From Patescibacteria group bacterium (GTDB lineage: Bacteria > Patescibacteriota > Patescibacteriia > SG8-24 > DYFX01): 64,000 nt of DNA. A program made the translations under genes and the position numbers. Below the pieces are notes generated by a model. The model made no database searches and had not been told where the DNA came from. It saw only the letters and a list, made by a program, of their open reading frames with translations. The stretch spans positions 21,427 through 85,426 of the forward strand of contig JBAZZB010000002.1 of the NCBI GenBank assembly GCA_041659045.1. Reading direction: 5' to 3'. Position 1 is the first letter of the stretch. Each line of letters begins with the position of its first letter. Positions 1 through 9,626 of the stretch are shown here, one piece after another.

Positions 1-918
1 CTCCGACAGCCACTTCTCGAAGAGCGCCATCAGGAACCGCTCCACCGTCTGCGGCCCGCGATTGCGGGCGATCAGGAAGAGCAAGGCGTTGCCCGTGATC
101 CGCATGCGGTGATCATCGCTCCGGATCGCCGAGAGATCGATGAGGTCGTAGGCGACACGCTCCGGCTTCAGGAACTTGGGCTGGAGCGCGGAATGGTTCT
201 TGTCGGCGCCGCAGCCGATCACGGTGAAGCGACTGTAGGTCTGCTCGACACGGGCGAGCGAATCGCGCCAATCGCGACGATCAGGACAGCCGTTGTCGCC
301 GCGCATCCCCATCCCGTGCGCGACCACGTCGGTCACGAGATAGAGCGAGCGCTGCGCCTTGGGCACGTGAGCGAAGTCGATGTCGCAGGCGCGCCAGAGC
401 GCGCACTCGATCGCTTCGGGAGCGTCGCCGCCATCGGCGCCACGCACGTGACGGAGCGTCGAGAGCATCGTCTTGTCACCCGCCTCGTTCGGCTGGATGA
501 AGTCGATCTCCTGCATGATGTCGGCGCCGTCGCTGTGGTCACTGAAGTAGACCCAGGCCGCCTCGGACGCGGCATCGATACCACGGAGCATCGGAAGCAG
601 GTAGCCGGAGCTTGCCCGCAGATGGCTCGCGATCGCCTCGTTGGACCCAGAGTTGTCGACCAGAATGATGTGGACGCTCTGCGCCGCCGTCGATGGCTTG
701 GTGATCACGTTCTTCACGGCGGCAGGATCGTAGACCTGGCGCTCGTCGCGCGCGACCGGCTTCGCGATGTGGCCGGCGCCGATGTCGCTGCGGGCGCTCG
801 CGATTCGAGCGCGGCGGGACTCCTCGGCGCGTCGACGTGCCTCGGGGTCGTCGGTCGACAGGCTTCTGAGCGCGCCACCGTACCGAGCATCGTTGTCTCT
901 ATAGCTGCTGCTACTCAA
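1..918 (-). CDS. vWA (von Willebrand factor A) domain protein, 3'-truncated at window edge
   Basis: Not in ORF track because it runs off the window. Hand translation from TTG at 918 (GAGGAGG upstream): MSSSSYRD...HIILVDNSGSN (MIDAS DxSxS)...GADGGDAPEAIE...LYLVTDVVAHG; frame open to position 1. Confidence 0.8.
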   Translation of the reverse strand, partial: MSSSSYRDNDARYGGALRSLSTDDPEARRRAEESRRARIASARSDIGAGHIAKPVARDERQVYDPAAVKNVITKPSTAAQSVHIILVDNSGSNEAIASHLRASSGYLLPMLRGIDAASEAAWVYFSDHSDGADIMQEIDFIQPNEAGDKTMLSTLRHVRGADGGDAPEAIECALWRACDIDFAHVPKAQRSLYLVTDVVAHGMGMRGDNGCPDRRDWRDSLARVEQTYSRFTVIGCGADKNHSALQPKFLKPERVAYDLIDLSAIRSDDHRMRITGNALLFLIARNRGPQTVERFLMALFEKWLSE

Positions 919-1026
919 GGTAGCCTCCTCATTGGTGAGAGTCGTTCCTCTTCCAAGTTCTCGACCGACGCGGTCGAGGCCTGGGATAAAGAGCGGAACG
1001 CAGGGCGTTCCGCAACGGAGAAAGGG

Positions 1027-2265
1027 CTAGAAGCGCTGGCGATCGGTCGGGACCGGCGCGCCGTCGCGCAGGGCGCGTCCCGAGGCGGCGGTCGCGCGGA
1101 CGCCGTTGCCACTGGCGAGCTTGCTCCAGGGCAAGGTCGTGCCGAGCTGCTGCAGCGCCGTGATGTACATCGGCAGCTGCAGGGAGTCGACGTCGGGGAG
1201 CTTCATCACCGACAGCACGTACTGCGTGATGGCGCGTTCGCCACGCACGATGTCGCCGCCGACGCCGATGCGGAGCTTCCGGAGCATCTCCTCGCGCGTC
1301 CCGGCACCGACGGCCGAGACCAGCTCGGGATTCTCGAGCAGCTGCCGCAACTGGACGGCATCGGCCGCCAGCGCGCGCGCCACCGGGATACCCGGACCAG
1401 CGAAGATCTTGTTGAGCGCGTCGATGACCGAGCGGGCAGCATCGACGGTCGGCTGCGTGTCCGGAGCATCGTTGATGCCGGCGAGCGGCGTGGCCGCGTT
1501 GCCGTTCGCCATCGTCGCGAACATGCCGATCAGGAGCGCGGGGTTGTTCATCTTGGCCTGCCAGCTGGCGAACCAGCTGTCGATGCCCTGCTGGAACGCC
1601 GAGAGCGTGCCCCAGAGCCCCTTCATGCGCTCGACGAAGGCCGTCTTGCGCGTACCGCTGGCGAAGGTGCCGGGGACGCCGAGCGCCTTGAGCACCTCAC
1701 CGTGCGCCTTGCGGCCGATCTGCTTCTGGAGCGTGTAGTAGATCTCGGGGCAGGGCTCGTCGATCGACAGCGACCGCTGCTCGATCATCCCCAGGATCTC
1801 GTTGTCGATGTCGAAGACGCCGATCTCGCTGGCGAAGAGCACGCGGATCGCCGACATGACGTCCTGCGGCTCCATCTTGGCGACGCCGCCGATCTGGAGC
1901 ATCGCCAGGAAGTCGTCGTCGCTCGGAACCTGCGGCAGGAGCGAGGTGAACGAGGCGTTCGTGGCGGACGGACTGCTGCTGACCTGGGTGGCCGGCGGCG
2001 GAGCGGCCGCAGCGCGGAACTCCTTGACGGCGCGCTTGACCTTGGCCTTGGGCACATCGGAGAAAGCGGCCACGAGATCATCGTCGCTGGCGCAGTCCGG
2101 ATCGGCGAGCGTGGCGACGTTGTCGTCGCTCGGATCGCCGATGAGCGCCTTGAGCTTCTCGTTGACGACGTCGAGCGTCAGGCCGAGCGTCTTGGCGAAG
2201 GCGCCGACGCGCTCGGTCCAGAGCTTCGTCTCGGGCAGAATCGGGGTTTCCGTGGAGGTGGTCAT
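1027..2265 (-). CDS. hypothetical protein, ~412 aa, upstream of and co-oriented with the vWA gene
   Basis: Long ORF with normal codon usage; ATG 2265 preceded by AAAGAGG; own promoter upstream. Confidence 0.8.
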   Translation of the reverse strand: MTTSTETPILPETKLWTERVGAFAKTLGLTLDVVNEKLKALIGDPSDDNVATLADPDCASDDDLVAAFSDVPKAKVKRAVKEFRAAAAPPPATQVSSSPSATNASFTSLLPQVPSDDDFLAMLQIGGVAKMEPQDVMSAIRVLFASEIGVFDIDNEILGMIEQRSLSIDEPCPEIYYTLQKQIGRKAHGEVLKALGVPGTFASGTRKTAFVERMKGLWGTLSAFQQGIDSWFASWQAKMNNPALLIGMFATMANGNAATPLAGINDAPDTQPTVDAARSVIDALNKIFAGPGIPVARALAADAVQLRQLLENPELVSAVGAGTREEMLRKLRIGVGGDIVRGERAITQYVLSVMKLPDVDSLQLPMYITALQQLGTTLPWSKLASGNGVRATAASGRALRDGAPVPTDRQRF

Positions 2266-2344
2266 TCGTTGCCTCTTTGAAGGTGCGTATCGTGTGGATT
2301 GGGTGGGTGTTCGGACGGGCAAGCCACACCTTGTCCGACGCCAG

Positions 2345-2373
2345 AAGGTAGCAAGTTTCTGCTGGGTTGTCAA
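2345..2373 (-). promoter_or_regulatory. sigma70-type promoter of the 2265/vWA operon
   Basis: TTGACA-17nt-TACCTT with TG extended -10. Confidence 0.7.
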
Positions 2374-2390
2374 TGAAAACCCCCTGCTCA

Positions 2391-2572
2391 GAAAGCTTGC
2401 CTGGCGTCTTTCCCCATGATAAGGTCAAAACAGCTCAACATTATCCGCCCGATCCTCTCTGAACCGGTTGAGTACGAACGTTGCGCCCCACCTATGAGAT
2501 TTTGGTCCGCCTTTCCGGTTGAAACGTCAGAACCAGCGCGCCACGCCAGGAAAGCGTAAGCTTTCCGTTTTT
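2391..2572 (+). ncRNA. candidate structured RNA upstream of rny (6S-like or attenuator)
   Basis: Ends pair over ~175 nt (GAAAGCTT/AAGCTTTC, CCTGGCGT/ACGCCAGG), inner AACCGG/CCGGTT helix, ends in GGAAAGC-GTAA-GCTTTCC plus T-run; strand assumed from the terminator. Confidence 0.4.
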
Positions 2573-2617
2573 TCGTACACACAACACATCGGTCCAGCGA
2601 GGCTGGCTTACCTTATT

Positions 2618-4147
2618 ATGCCCGCCAACGTTGCGTTATTCGCCTTCGCCGCGCTCGCGTTCGGCCTCGGCGCCGGCTACTTCATCCAGAAGAAGCTCTC
2701 GGCCGACAAGATCGCATCCGCCAACGCCCGCGCCGAAGACACCATCAATCAAGCCAGAGCCAAAGCCCAGGAACTCGAACTCCAGGCCAAGAAGAAGTCC
2801 GTTCAGATGCTCGATGAGGCCAAGCGCGACGAAGCCGAACGCCGCCGCGAACTCACCTCGTTCCAGCAGCGCCTCGAGAAGCGCGAATCTTTGTTCGACA
2901 AACAACTCCTCGAACTCCAAGAGAAAAGCAAGAAGAGTGATGACCGCGCCAAAGAGCTCGAAGCGGCCAAGCTCGACATCGATCAGTTGAAAACTTCGAT
3001 CCGCGACCGTCTCGAGAAAGTCGCTGAACTCCCCCGCGAAGCCGCCAAGGAACAGCTCTTCAAGGCGATCGAAGAGGAAGCTCAAGACGAAATCCTCTCT
3101 CGCATCCGCAAGATTGAACGCGCCGGCACCGAAGAGTACGAAGTCAAAGCGCGCAACATTCTTTCGACCGTGATCTCGCGCGTTGCCTCTTCGCACTGCG
3201 CCGAAACGACCACGACCCAAGTCCAGCTTCCGAGCGACGACATGAAGGGTCGCATCATCGGCAAGGAAGGCCGCAACATCAAGTCGCTTGAAACTTTGAC
3301 CGGCACCGAAATCATCGTCGACGACACGCCGAACATCATCACCGTTTCCGGCTTCTCCCCCATCCGCCGCCAAGTCGCGCGCCTCGCTCTCGAGTCGCTC
3401 ATCAAGGACGGGCGCATCCAGCCGACGAAAATTGAAGAAGCGATTGAGGAAGCAAAACGCACGCTCGCGCTCGACATCAAGAAAGCCGGAGAAGACGCCA
3501 TGATCGAATGCGGCATTCCGCTCGGTTCCGTCGATCCGAAACTGATCTCGATTCTTGGTCGTTTGAAATACCGCACCTCCTACGGACAAAACGTCCTGCG
3601 CCACTCGATTGAAGTCGCCTTGATCGGCAACTACCTCGGCAAGGAACTCGGCGCCAACGCAGCCGAACTCCTGAAGGGCGGTCTCTTCCACGACATCGGC
3701 AAGGCTGTTGATCATGACGTCCCCGGTGCCCACCCTGAGATTGGCTACAACATCATGAAGAAGTTCGGCTTCCCAGAAGAAGTCGCCTATCACTCGCTCT
3801 CGCACCACGAAGACAAGCCGCGCAACGTCGAAGGCTACATCTGCAAAGCCGCTGACGCGATCTCGGGTTCTCGCCCGGGTGCCCGCAAGGACACGCTTGA
3901 GAACTACGTCCGTCGCCTCGAAGACCTCGAGAAGGTCGCAACCTCCTTCCCCGCCGTCGAGCACGCCTACGCCATTCAGGCCGGACGCGAAATGCGCGTC
4001 TTCGTCTCACCTCAGAAGATCGACGACTTGGGCGCCTGGCAGCTTGCCAAAGACATCGCCAAGAAATGCGAGCAAGAGCTCCAGTATCCTGGCGAAATCA
4101 AGATCAACGTCATCCGCGAAATGCGGGCGATTGAATACGCACGTTGA
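2618..4147 (+). CDS. rny: ribonuclease Y
   Basis: N-terminal TM, coiled coil, KH motif (MKGRIIGKEGRNI), HD domain (FHDIGK, AADAISGSRPGAR). Confidence 0.97.
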   Translation: MPANVALFAFAALAFGLGAGYFIQKKLSADKIASANARAEDTINQARAKAQELELQAKKKSVQMLDEAKRDEAERRRELTSFQQRLEKRESLFDKQLLELQEKSKKSDDRAKELEAAKLDIDQLKTSIRDRLEKVAELPREAAKEQLFKAIEEEAQDEILSRIRKIERAGTEEYEVKARNILSTVISRVASSHCAETTTTQVQLPSDDMKGRIIGKEGRNIKSLETLTGTEIIVDDTPNIITVSGFSPIRRQVARLALESLIKDGRIQPTKIEEAIEEAKRTLALDIKKAGEDAMIECGIPLGSVDPKLISILGRLKYRTSYGQNVLRHSIEVALIGNYLGKELGANAAELLKGGLFHDIGKAVDHDVPGAHPEIGYNIMKKFGFPEEVAYHSLSHHEDKPRNVEGYICKAADAISGSRPGARKDTLENYVRRLEDLEKVATSFPAVEHAYAIQAGREMRVFVSPQKIDDLGAWQLAKDIAKKCEQELQYPGEIKINVIREMRAIEYAR

Positions 4148-4947
4148 TGCTCACCGTACTTATTTTCGGAGACGTCGTCGGCAAGATCGGACGCACAGCG
4201 CTTCTCAAGGCGCTTCCGGAATTGAAGGCGACGTATCATCCGGACCTCACGATCGTCAACGGCGAGAACCTGGCACACGGGAAAGGCGTCACGCATCCGA
4301 TTGTCTCGGAACTCAAAAAAGGCGGTGTCGACTTCTTCACCTCGGGCAATCACATCTTCGCCAACCCGAAAGGCGTGCATGAAATCTGGGCCGACCCCGA
4401 ACTCAAGGATCTCCTGATCCGTCCTGCCAACTTTCCGGAAGGCACGGCCGGTGAGGGAGAGAAAATTCTTGATGTTGCCGGTAAAAAAGTACTGGTGGTA
4501 AACTTGATCTGCCAGGTCTTCATGAAAGAGCCATACGGCAACGCCTTCGACGCGATGGAAGCAATTCTTGAACGGCATAAGGATAAAAAGCTCGACGCGA
4601 TTCTCGTCGACCTCCACGGGGAGGCCAGCTCGGAACGCATCGCTTTCGGCTTCCACTTCGATGGCCGCGTCTCGTCGATCACGGGAACGCACACGCACGT
4701 GCCGACAGCTGACGCCCGCATCCTCCCCAAGAAGACGGCTTATCTCACCGACATCGGCATGACCGGCGCACGACTCTCCGTTCTCGGCGTCAAACCCGAA
4801 GGTCCGATCAGTCGGTTTATCCCCGGCGAAGCGATCCCCTTCGAAATCCCTGAGACGGGCGAGGTCGACTTGAACGCCGTGCTTCTCACGATCAACGGCG
4901 ATGGCACTGCCGCGAGCATTCTACAAATTCAAAAGATCATCGAGTAA
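4147..4947 (+). CDS. ymdB: YmdB-family metallophosphoesterase
   Basis: GDVVG, NGEN, SGNH, DLHGEASSE, GTHTHVPTAD, TDIGMTG; typical position after rny. Confidence 0.93.
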   Translation: MLTVLIFGDVVGKIGRTALLKALPELKATYHPDLTIVNGENLAHGKGVTHPIVSELKKGGVDFFTSGNHIFANPKGVHEIWADPELKDLLIRPANFPEGTAGEGEKILDVAGKKVLVVNLICQVFMKEPYGNAFDAMEAILERHKDKKLDAILVDLHGEASSERIAFGFHFDGRVSSITGTHTHVPTADARILPKKTAYLTDIGMTGARLSVLGVKPEGPISRFIPGEAIPFEIPETGEVDLNAVLLTINGDGTAASILQIQKIIE

Positions 4948-4953
4948 CAACAT

Positions 4954-5238
4954 ATGAACAAGGCCGAATTGGCGCTGAAGCTCACCGAGAGGATCGACTT
5001 GCCGAAAAAGCGCGCCGAAGAAATCATCGAGACGCTTGCCGACATTGTGATTCAAGAGCTGAAAAAAGGAGGAGAGGTCACGGTCGCCGGATTCGGAGCC
5101 TTCTCCGCCCGCACCCGCGCCTCACGCATGGGCGTGAATCCCCAAAAGCCGACCGAACGCATCACCATCCCAGAAGTCCGCGTGCCGAAATTCAAAGCCG
5201 GAAAGACACTGAAGGATTCGCTGAAAGGAAAAGCGTAA
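4954..5238 (+). CDS. hup: HU family DNA-binding protein
   Basis: MNKAEL...GFGAFS...R.GVNPQ...PKFKAGKTLKD. Confidence 0.95.
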   Translation: MNKAELALKLTERIDLPKKRAEEIIETLADIVIQELKKGGEVTVAGFGAFSARTRASRMGVNPQKPTERITIPEVRVPKFKAGKTLKDSLKGKA

Positions 5239-5245
5239 AAGAAAA

Positions 5246-5270
5246 GACCCTCCGACGAGTTCGGAGGGTT
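5246..5270. terminator. hairpin terminator between convergent genes
   Basis: ACCCTCCGA-cgagt-TCGGAGGGT. Confidence 0.7.
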
Positions 5271-5277
5271 TGTCGTT

Positions 5278-5583
5278 TCACTTGTTCTGATCTTGCTCTT
5301 GCCGAGCGCGCTGTGCCTCGACGAGCGTGCGCCAACGTTCGGTGTTGCGCTTGCGACGCGCCTGCGTCACACGCCTACGAGCCTCGCGTTCCTCGTCGGT
5401 GACGCGCGCGAGGCGATCGAGCACCTTGAGAAAACAGAACATCGTCAGACTCATCATACCGAAACAGACGGACCAGCCCTGGCTGACGTGCGTCCACATC
5501 AACTCGAAGATGATGGCGAGGGTCAGAAGAAAGAGCGCGGGACGCGCCCAACCCGTGAAAAGCCAAACGGCGAATCTCTGCAC
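5278..5583 (-). CDS. small membrane hypothetical protein (2 TM plus basic tail)
   Basis: GTG 5583 preceded by GAAGGAGG; two hydrophobic stretches. Confidence 0.6.
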   Translation of the reverse strand: MQRFAVWLFTGWARPALFLLTLAIIFELMWTHVSQGWSVCFGMMSLTMFCFLKVLDRLARVTDEEREARRRVTQARRKRNTERWRTLVEAQRARQEQDQNK

Positions 5584-5609
5584 GGTAAGCCTCCTTCGAA
5601 CAGTTGGGG

Positions 5610-6878
5610 TTACGCCTTCCGCCACTCCATCACAAGAGCGGTCAAACGATCAAGAGGGACGGATTCAGCTTCCGCTTTGGAGCGCTCCTTCCACTCGACA
5701 GCGTTGGCTGCAAGCGTTTTTTCGGAAACGACAAGGCGGAGCGGGACACCGATCAAATCGGCATCGGCGAATTTTTCGCCAGCGCCCTTGTCACGATCAT
5801 CAACCAGCACTTCGACGCGCTGCGCAGAAAGTTCCCGTTCGATTGCAGAAACGGCGGCGTCGATCAGTTTTTGAGTTTCCTCGTCCTTCGACTTGAGCGC
5901 GACGACATGCACGTCGAACGGCGCGACGCTCTTGGGCCACACGATGCCTTTGGCGTCGTTGTAGGCTTCGACGATCGCGCCAACGAGACGCGAGGTGCCA
6001 ATGCCGTAGCAACCCATGAGAACGCGCTGCTGTTTACCCTCGGCGTCCATGAAATTGAAGTCGAACGCGTCGGTGTACTTGGTGCCGAGGTCGAAAATGT
6101 TGCCAACCTCGATCCCCTTCATCTTCTTCAACGTGCCGCCGCATGACGGGCAAGCATCGCCTTCTTTCAATGTGGCGATCTCGCTGTTCTGTCCGAACGA
6201 ACACTTTTCACAAGCGATGATGACGTCTTCGCCGGATTCCGTCAGTGCCTGAAACTCGTGCGAAACTTTGCTGGTAAAAATGCCGCCCGAAGCCTGCACG
6301 ACTTTGACGTCGAGGCCGCAACGCTTGAAGACTTTCACATATGCTTCGAGTGCCGTGGCATAGAACGCTTCCAAGTCTGCCTGGTTCGTATGGAAGCTGT
6401 ACATGTCCTTCATGCGGAACTCGCGACCACGGAGAACGCCCGACTTGGCGCGCAGTTCGTCACGGAACTTGGTGTTGATCTGGTAGACGGCAAACGGCAG
6501 CTCCTTGTAGGAGCGCGTGAATTTCTGTGCGAGAGGCGTCACAACTTCTTCGTGCGTGCACCCGAGTGCGTATTCCTTTTCCGTTTGTGATTTCAATTTG
6601 AAAAGCACGTCGACGCCTTCCCAGCGCTTGGTCGCCAACCAGTATTCCTTCGGCTGGAGCGACGGCATGAAAATCTCCTGAGCACCCAGGACGTTCATTT
6701 CCTCGCGCACGATCTGTTCAACCTTGCGCAGCACCGAGAGGCCGAGCGGCAGCCACGAATAGACGCCGGCCATGACGTGCTCGACGAAACCGCCCTGCTC
6801 TAGCAAGCGGGCGTTCGGGGAATCAGCGTCCGAAGGGGAATTTTTGGAGGTCTTTCCGAAGAGTTGGGAGTATCGCAT
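5610..6878 (-). CDS. proS: prolyl-tRNA synthetase (short form)
   Basis: THEE, KFRDELRAKSGVLRGREFRMKDMYSF, GIEVGNIF.LG, MGCYGIG, GEKFADADLIG. Confidence 0.96.
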   Translation of the reverse strand: MRYSQLFGKTSKNSPSDADSPNARLLEQGGFVEHVMAGVYSWLPLGLSVLRKVEQIVREEMNVLGAQEIFMPSLQPKEYWLATKRWEGVDVLFKLKSQTEKEYALGCTHEEVVTPLAQKFTRSYKELPFAVYQINTKFRDELRAKSGVLRGREFRMKDMYSFHTNQADLEAFYATALEAYVKVFKRCGLDVKVVQASGGIFTSKVSHEFQALTESGEDVIIACEKCSFGQNSEIATLKEGDACPSCGGTLKKMKGIEVGNIFDLGTKYTDAFDFNFMDAEGKQQRVLMGCYGIGTSRLVGAIVEAYNDAKGIVWPKSVAPFDVHVVALKSKDEETQKLIDAAVSAIERELSAQRVEVLVDDRDKGAGEKFADADLIGVPLRLVVSEKTLAANAVEWKERSKAEAESVPLDRLTALVMEWRKA

Positions 6879-6887
6879 ATCAGGCTC

Positions 6888-6916
6888 AGCTTAGCGATCG
6901 AACCGCGCGTGGTCAA
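6888..6916 (-). promoter_or_regulatory. proS promoter, near-leaderless
   Basis: TTGACC-17-TAAGCT then 9 nt to ATG; no SD. Confidence 0.7.
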
Positions 6917-6956
6917 GCTAAAAGAAAACGCCTCGACCGGAGTCGAGGCGCTCTCC

Positions 6957-8765
<1,809 letters not shown>

Positions 8766-8871
8766 AAAAAATAACCGACAAAGTCGGAGTTCAATCGTGG
8801 GCTGAGCCTACCCCTTTTTATTAGGACTGTCAAGAAAAAAACCCCGCATGGGCGGGGCGGGCCAGAAAGGG

Positions 8872-9345
8872 TCACTTTCCGGTCGAGCCGTATCGGGCAG
8901 CACCACGAGCGGTCTCGGGGAGAGACTCAACTTCGAGGGTTTCCGGAACGATGAGGCGATAGAGGACAAGCTGGACCAACGACTCCCCCGCTGGAATGAT
9001 GATCTTCTTGCGACCACGGTTACGGAAACGCGGTCCAAGCGGCCCGGTGTACCCGTTATCGATCGGAGCCGAGCAAAGCTCGAGGGTCGGATACCGCTGG
9101 TAGAAACTGCTGCGCGGCTCGATACGCGCAAAGCAACCCTTCGGCAACTTTACGCGGAGACCGGTCGGCATATCGACGGGTGGACGCAGTCCTGGCAGAA
9201 CGACCGTCTCTTCGATGCTATAGAGGTTGAACCCGGCATCTCCGAGTTTCGAGGGGCGGAACTCCTCCTGGAGCTTCTTGGAGCGGGGGTCGCGTACGAT
9301 CTGGAGAACGTCCTCCAGACCCGAAAACGTCTCGGATGGGGACAT
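8872..9345 (-). CDS. dut: dUTP diphosphatase (trimeric type, divergent motifs)
   Basis: DAGFNL, PRSS, IDNGYTG, VQLV, RGAARYGSTG match motifs I-V. Confidence 0.82.
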   Translation of the reverse strand: MSPSETFSGLEDVLQIVRDPRSKKLQEEFRPSKLGDAGFNLYSIEETVVLPGLRPPVDMPTGLRVKLPKGCFARIEPRSSFYQRYPTLELCSAPIDNGYTGPLGPRFRNRGRKKIIIPAGESLVQLVLYRLIVPETLEVESLPETARGAARYGSTGK

Positions 9346-9412
9346 GCTCGCCTCCTATGGAATGAGCCTGATGAACGTAGCACAGATGCCAAAGAAAGTT
9401 ATTCACACAACA

Positions 9413-9440
9413 AAAAAACTCCACATGCGTGGAGATTTTT
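9413..9440 (-). terminator. terminator after tRNA-Lys
   Basis: CTCCAC-atgc-GTGGAG flanked by A/T runs. Confidence 0.6.
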
Positions 9441-9516
9441 TGGTGCGTCGGCTGGGGGTCGAACCCAGGACCTTAGGCTTAAGAGGCCTCTGCTCTACCG
9501 GCTGAGCTACCGACGC
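9441..9516 (-). tRNA. tRNA-Lys(CTT)
   Basis: GCGTCGG acceptor, GCTC/GAGC D-stem, CT-CTT-AA loop, TTCGA T-loop, encoded CCA. Confidence 0.95.
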
Positions 9517-9626
9517 CCGGTCTTTTCTACAGACAGGACGATACAGGAAAGCGGAAAAACTATCAAGAGCAAATCGATTGGACGAGAGGGATTCGAAACG
9601 CTTCGAACCCCTCTCGCTCCTCTTGC

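Noticed and set aside
109-2280. 723-aa plus-strand ORF and similar long ORFs (6864-8774, 19705-22014, 25677-27428, 42827-44950)
   Set aside because: Antisense shadows of genes with clear motifs; expected from high-GC codon bias and lacking recognisable domains
9473-9491. G-A mismatch at the top of the tRNA-Lys anticodon stem
   Set aside because: A single 27:43 mismatch is tolerated in functional tRNAs and the rest is canonical
9584-9615. GAGAGGGATTCGAA resembling a tRNA T-arm fragment
   Set aside because: It is one arm of a simple hairpin after the delta-60 gene stop, with no other cloverleaf elements
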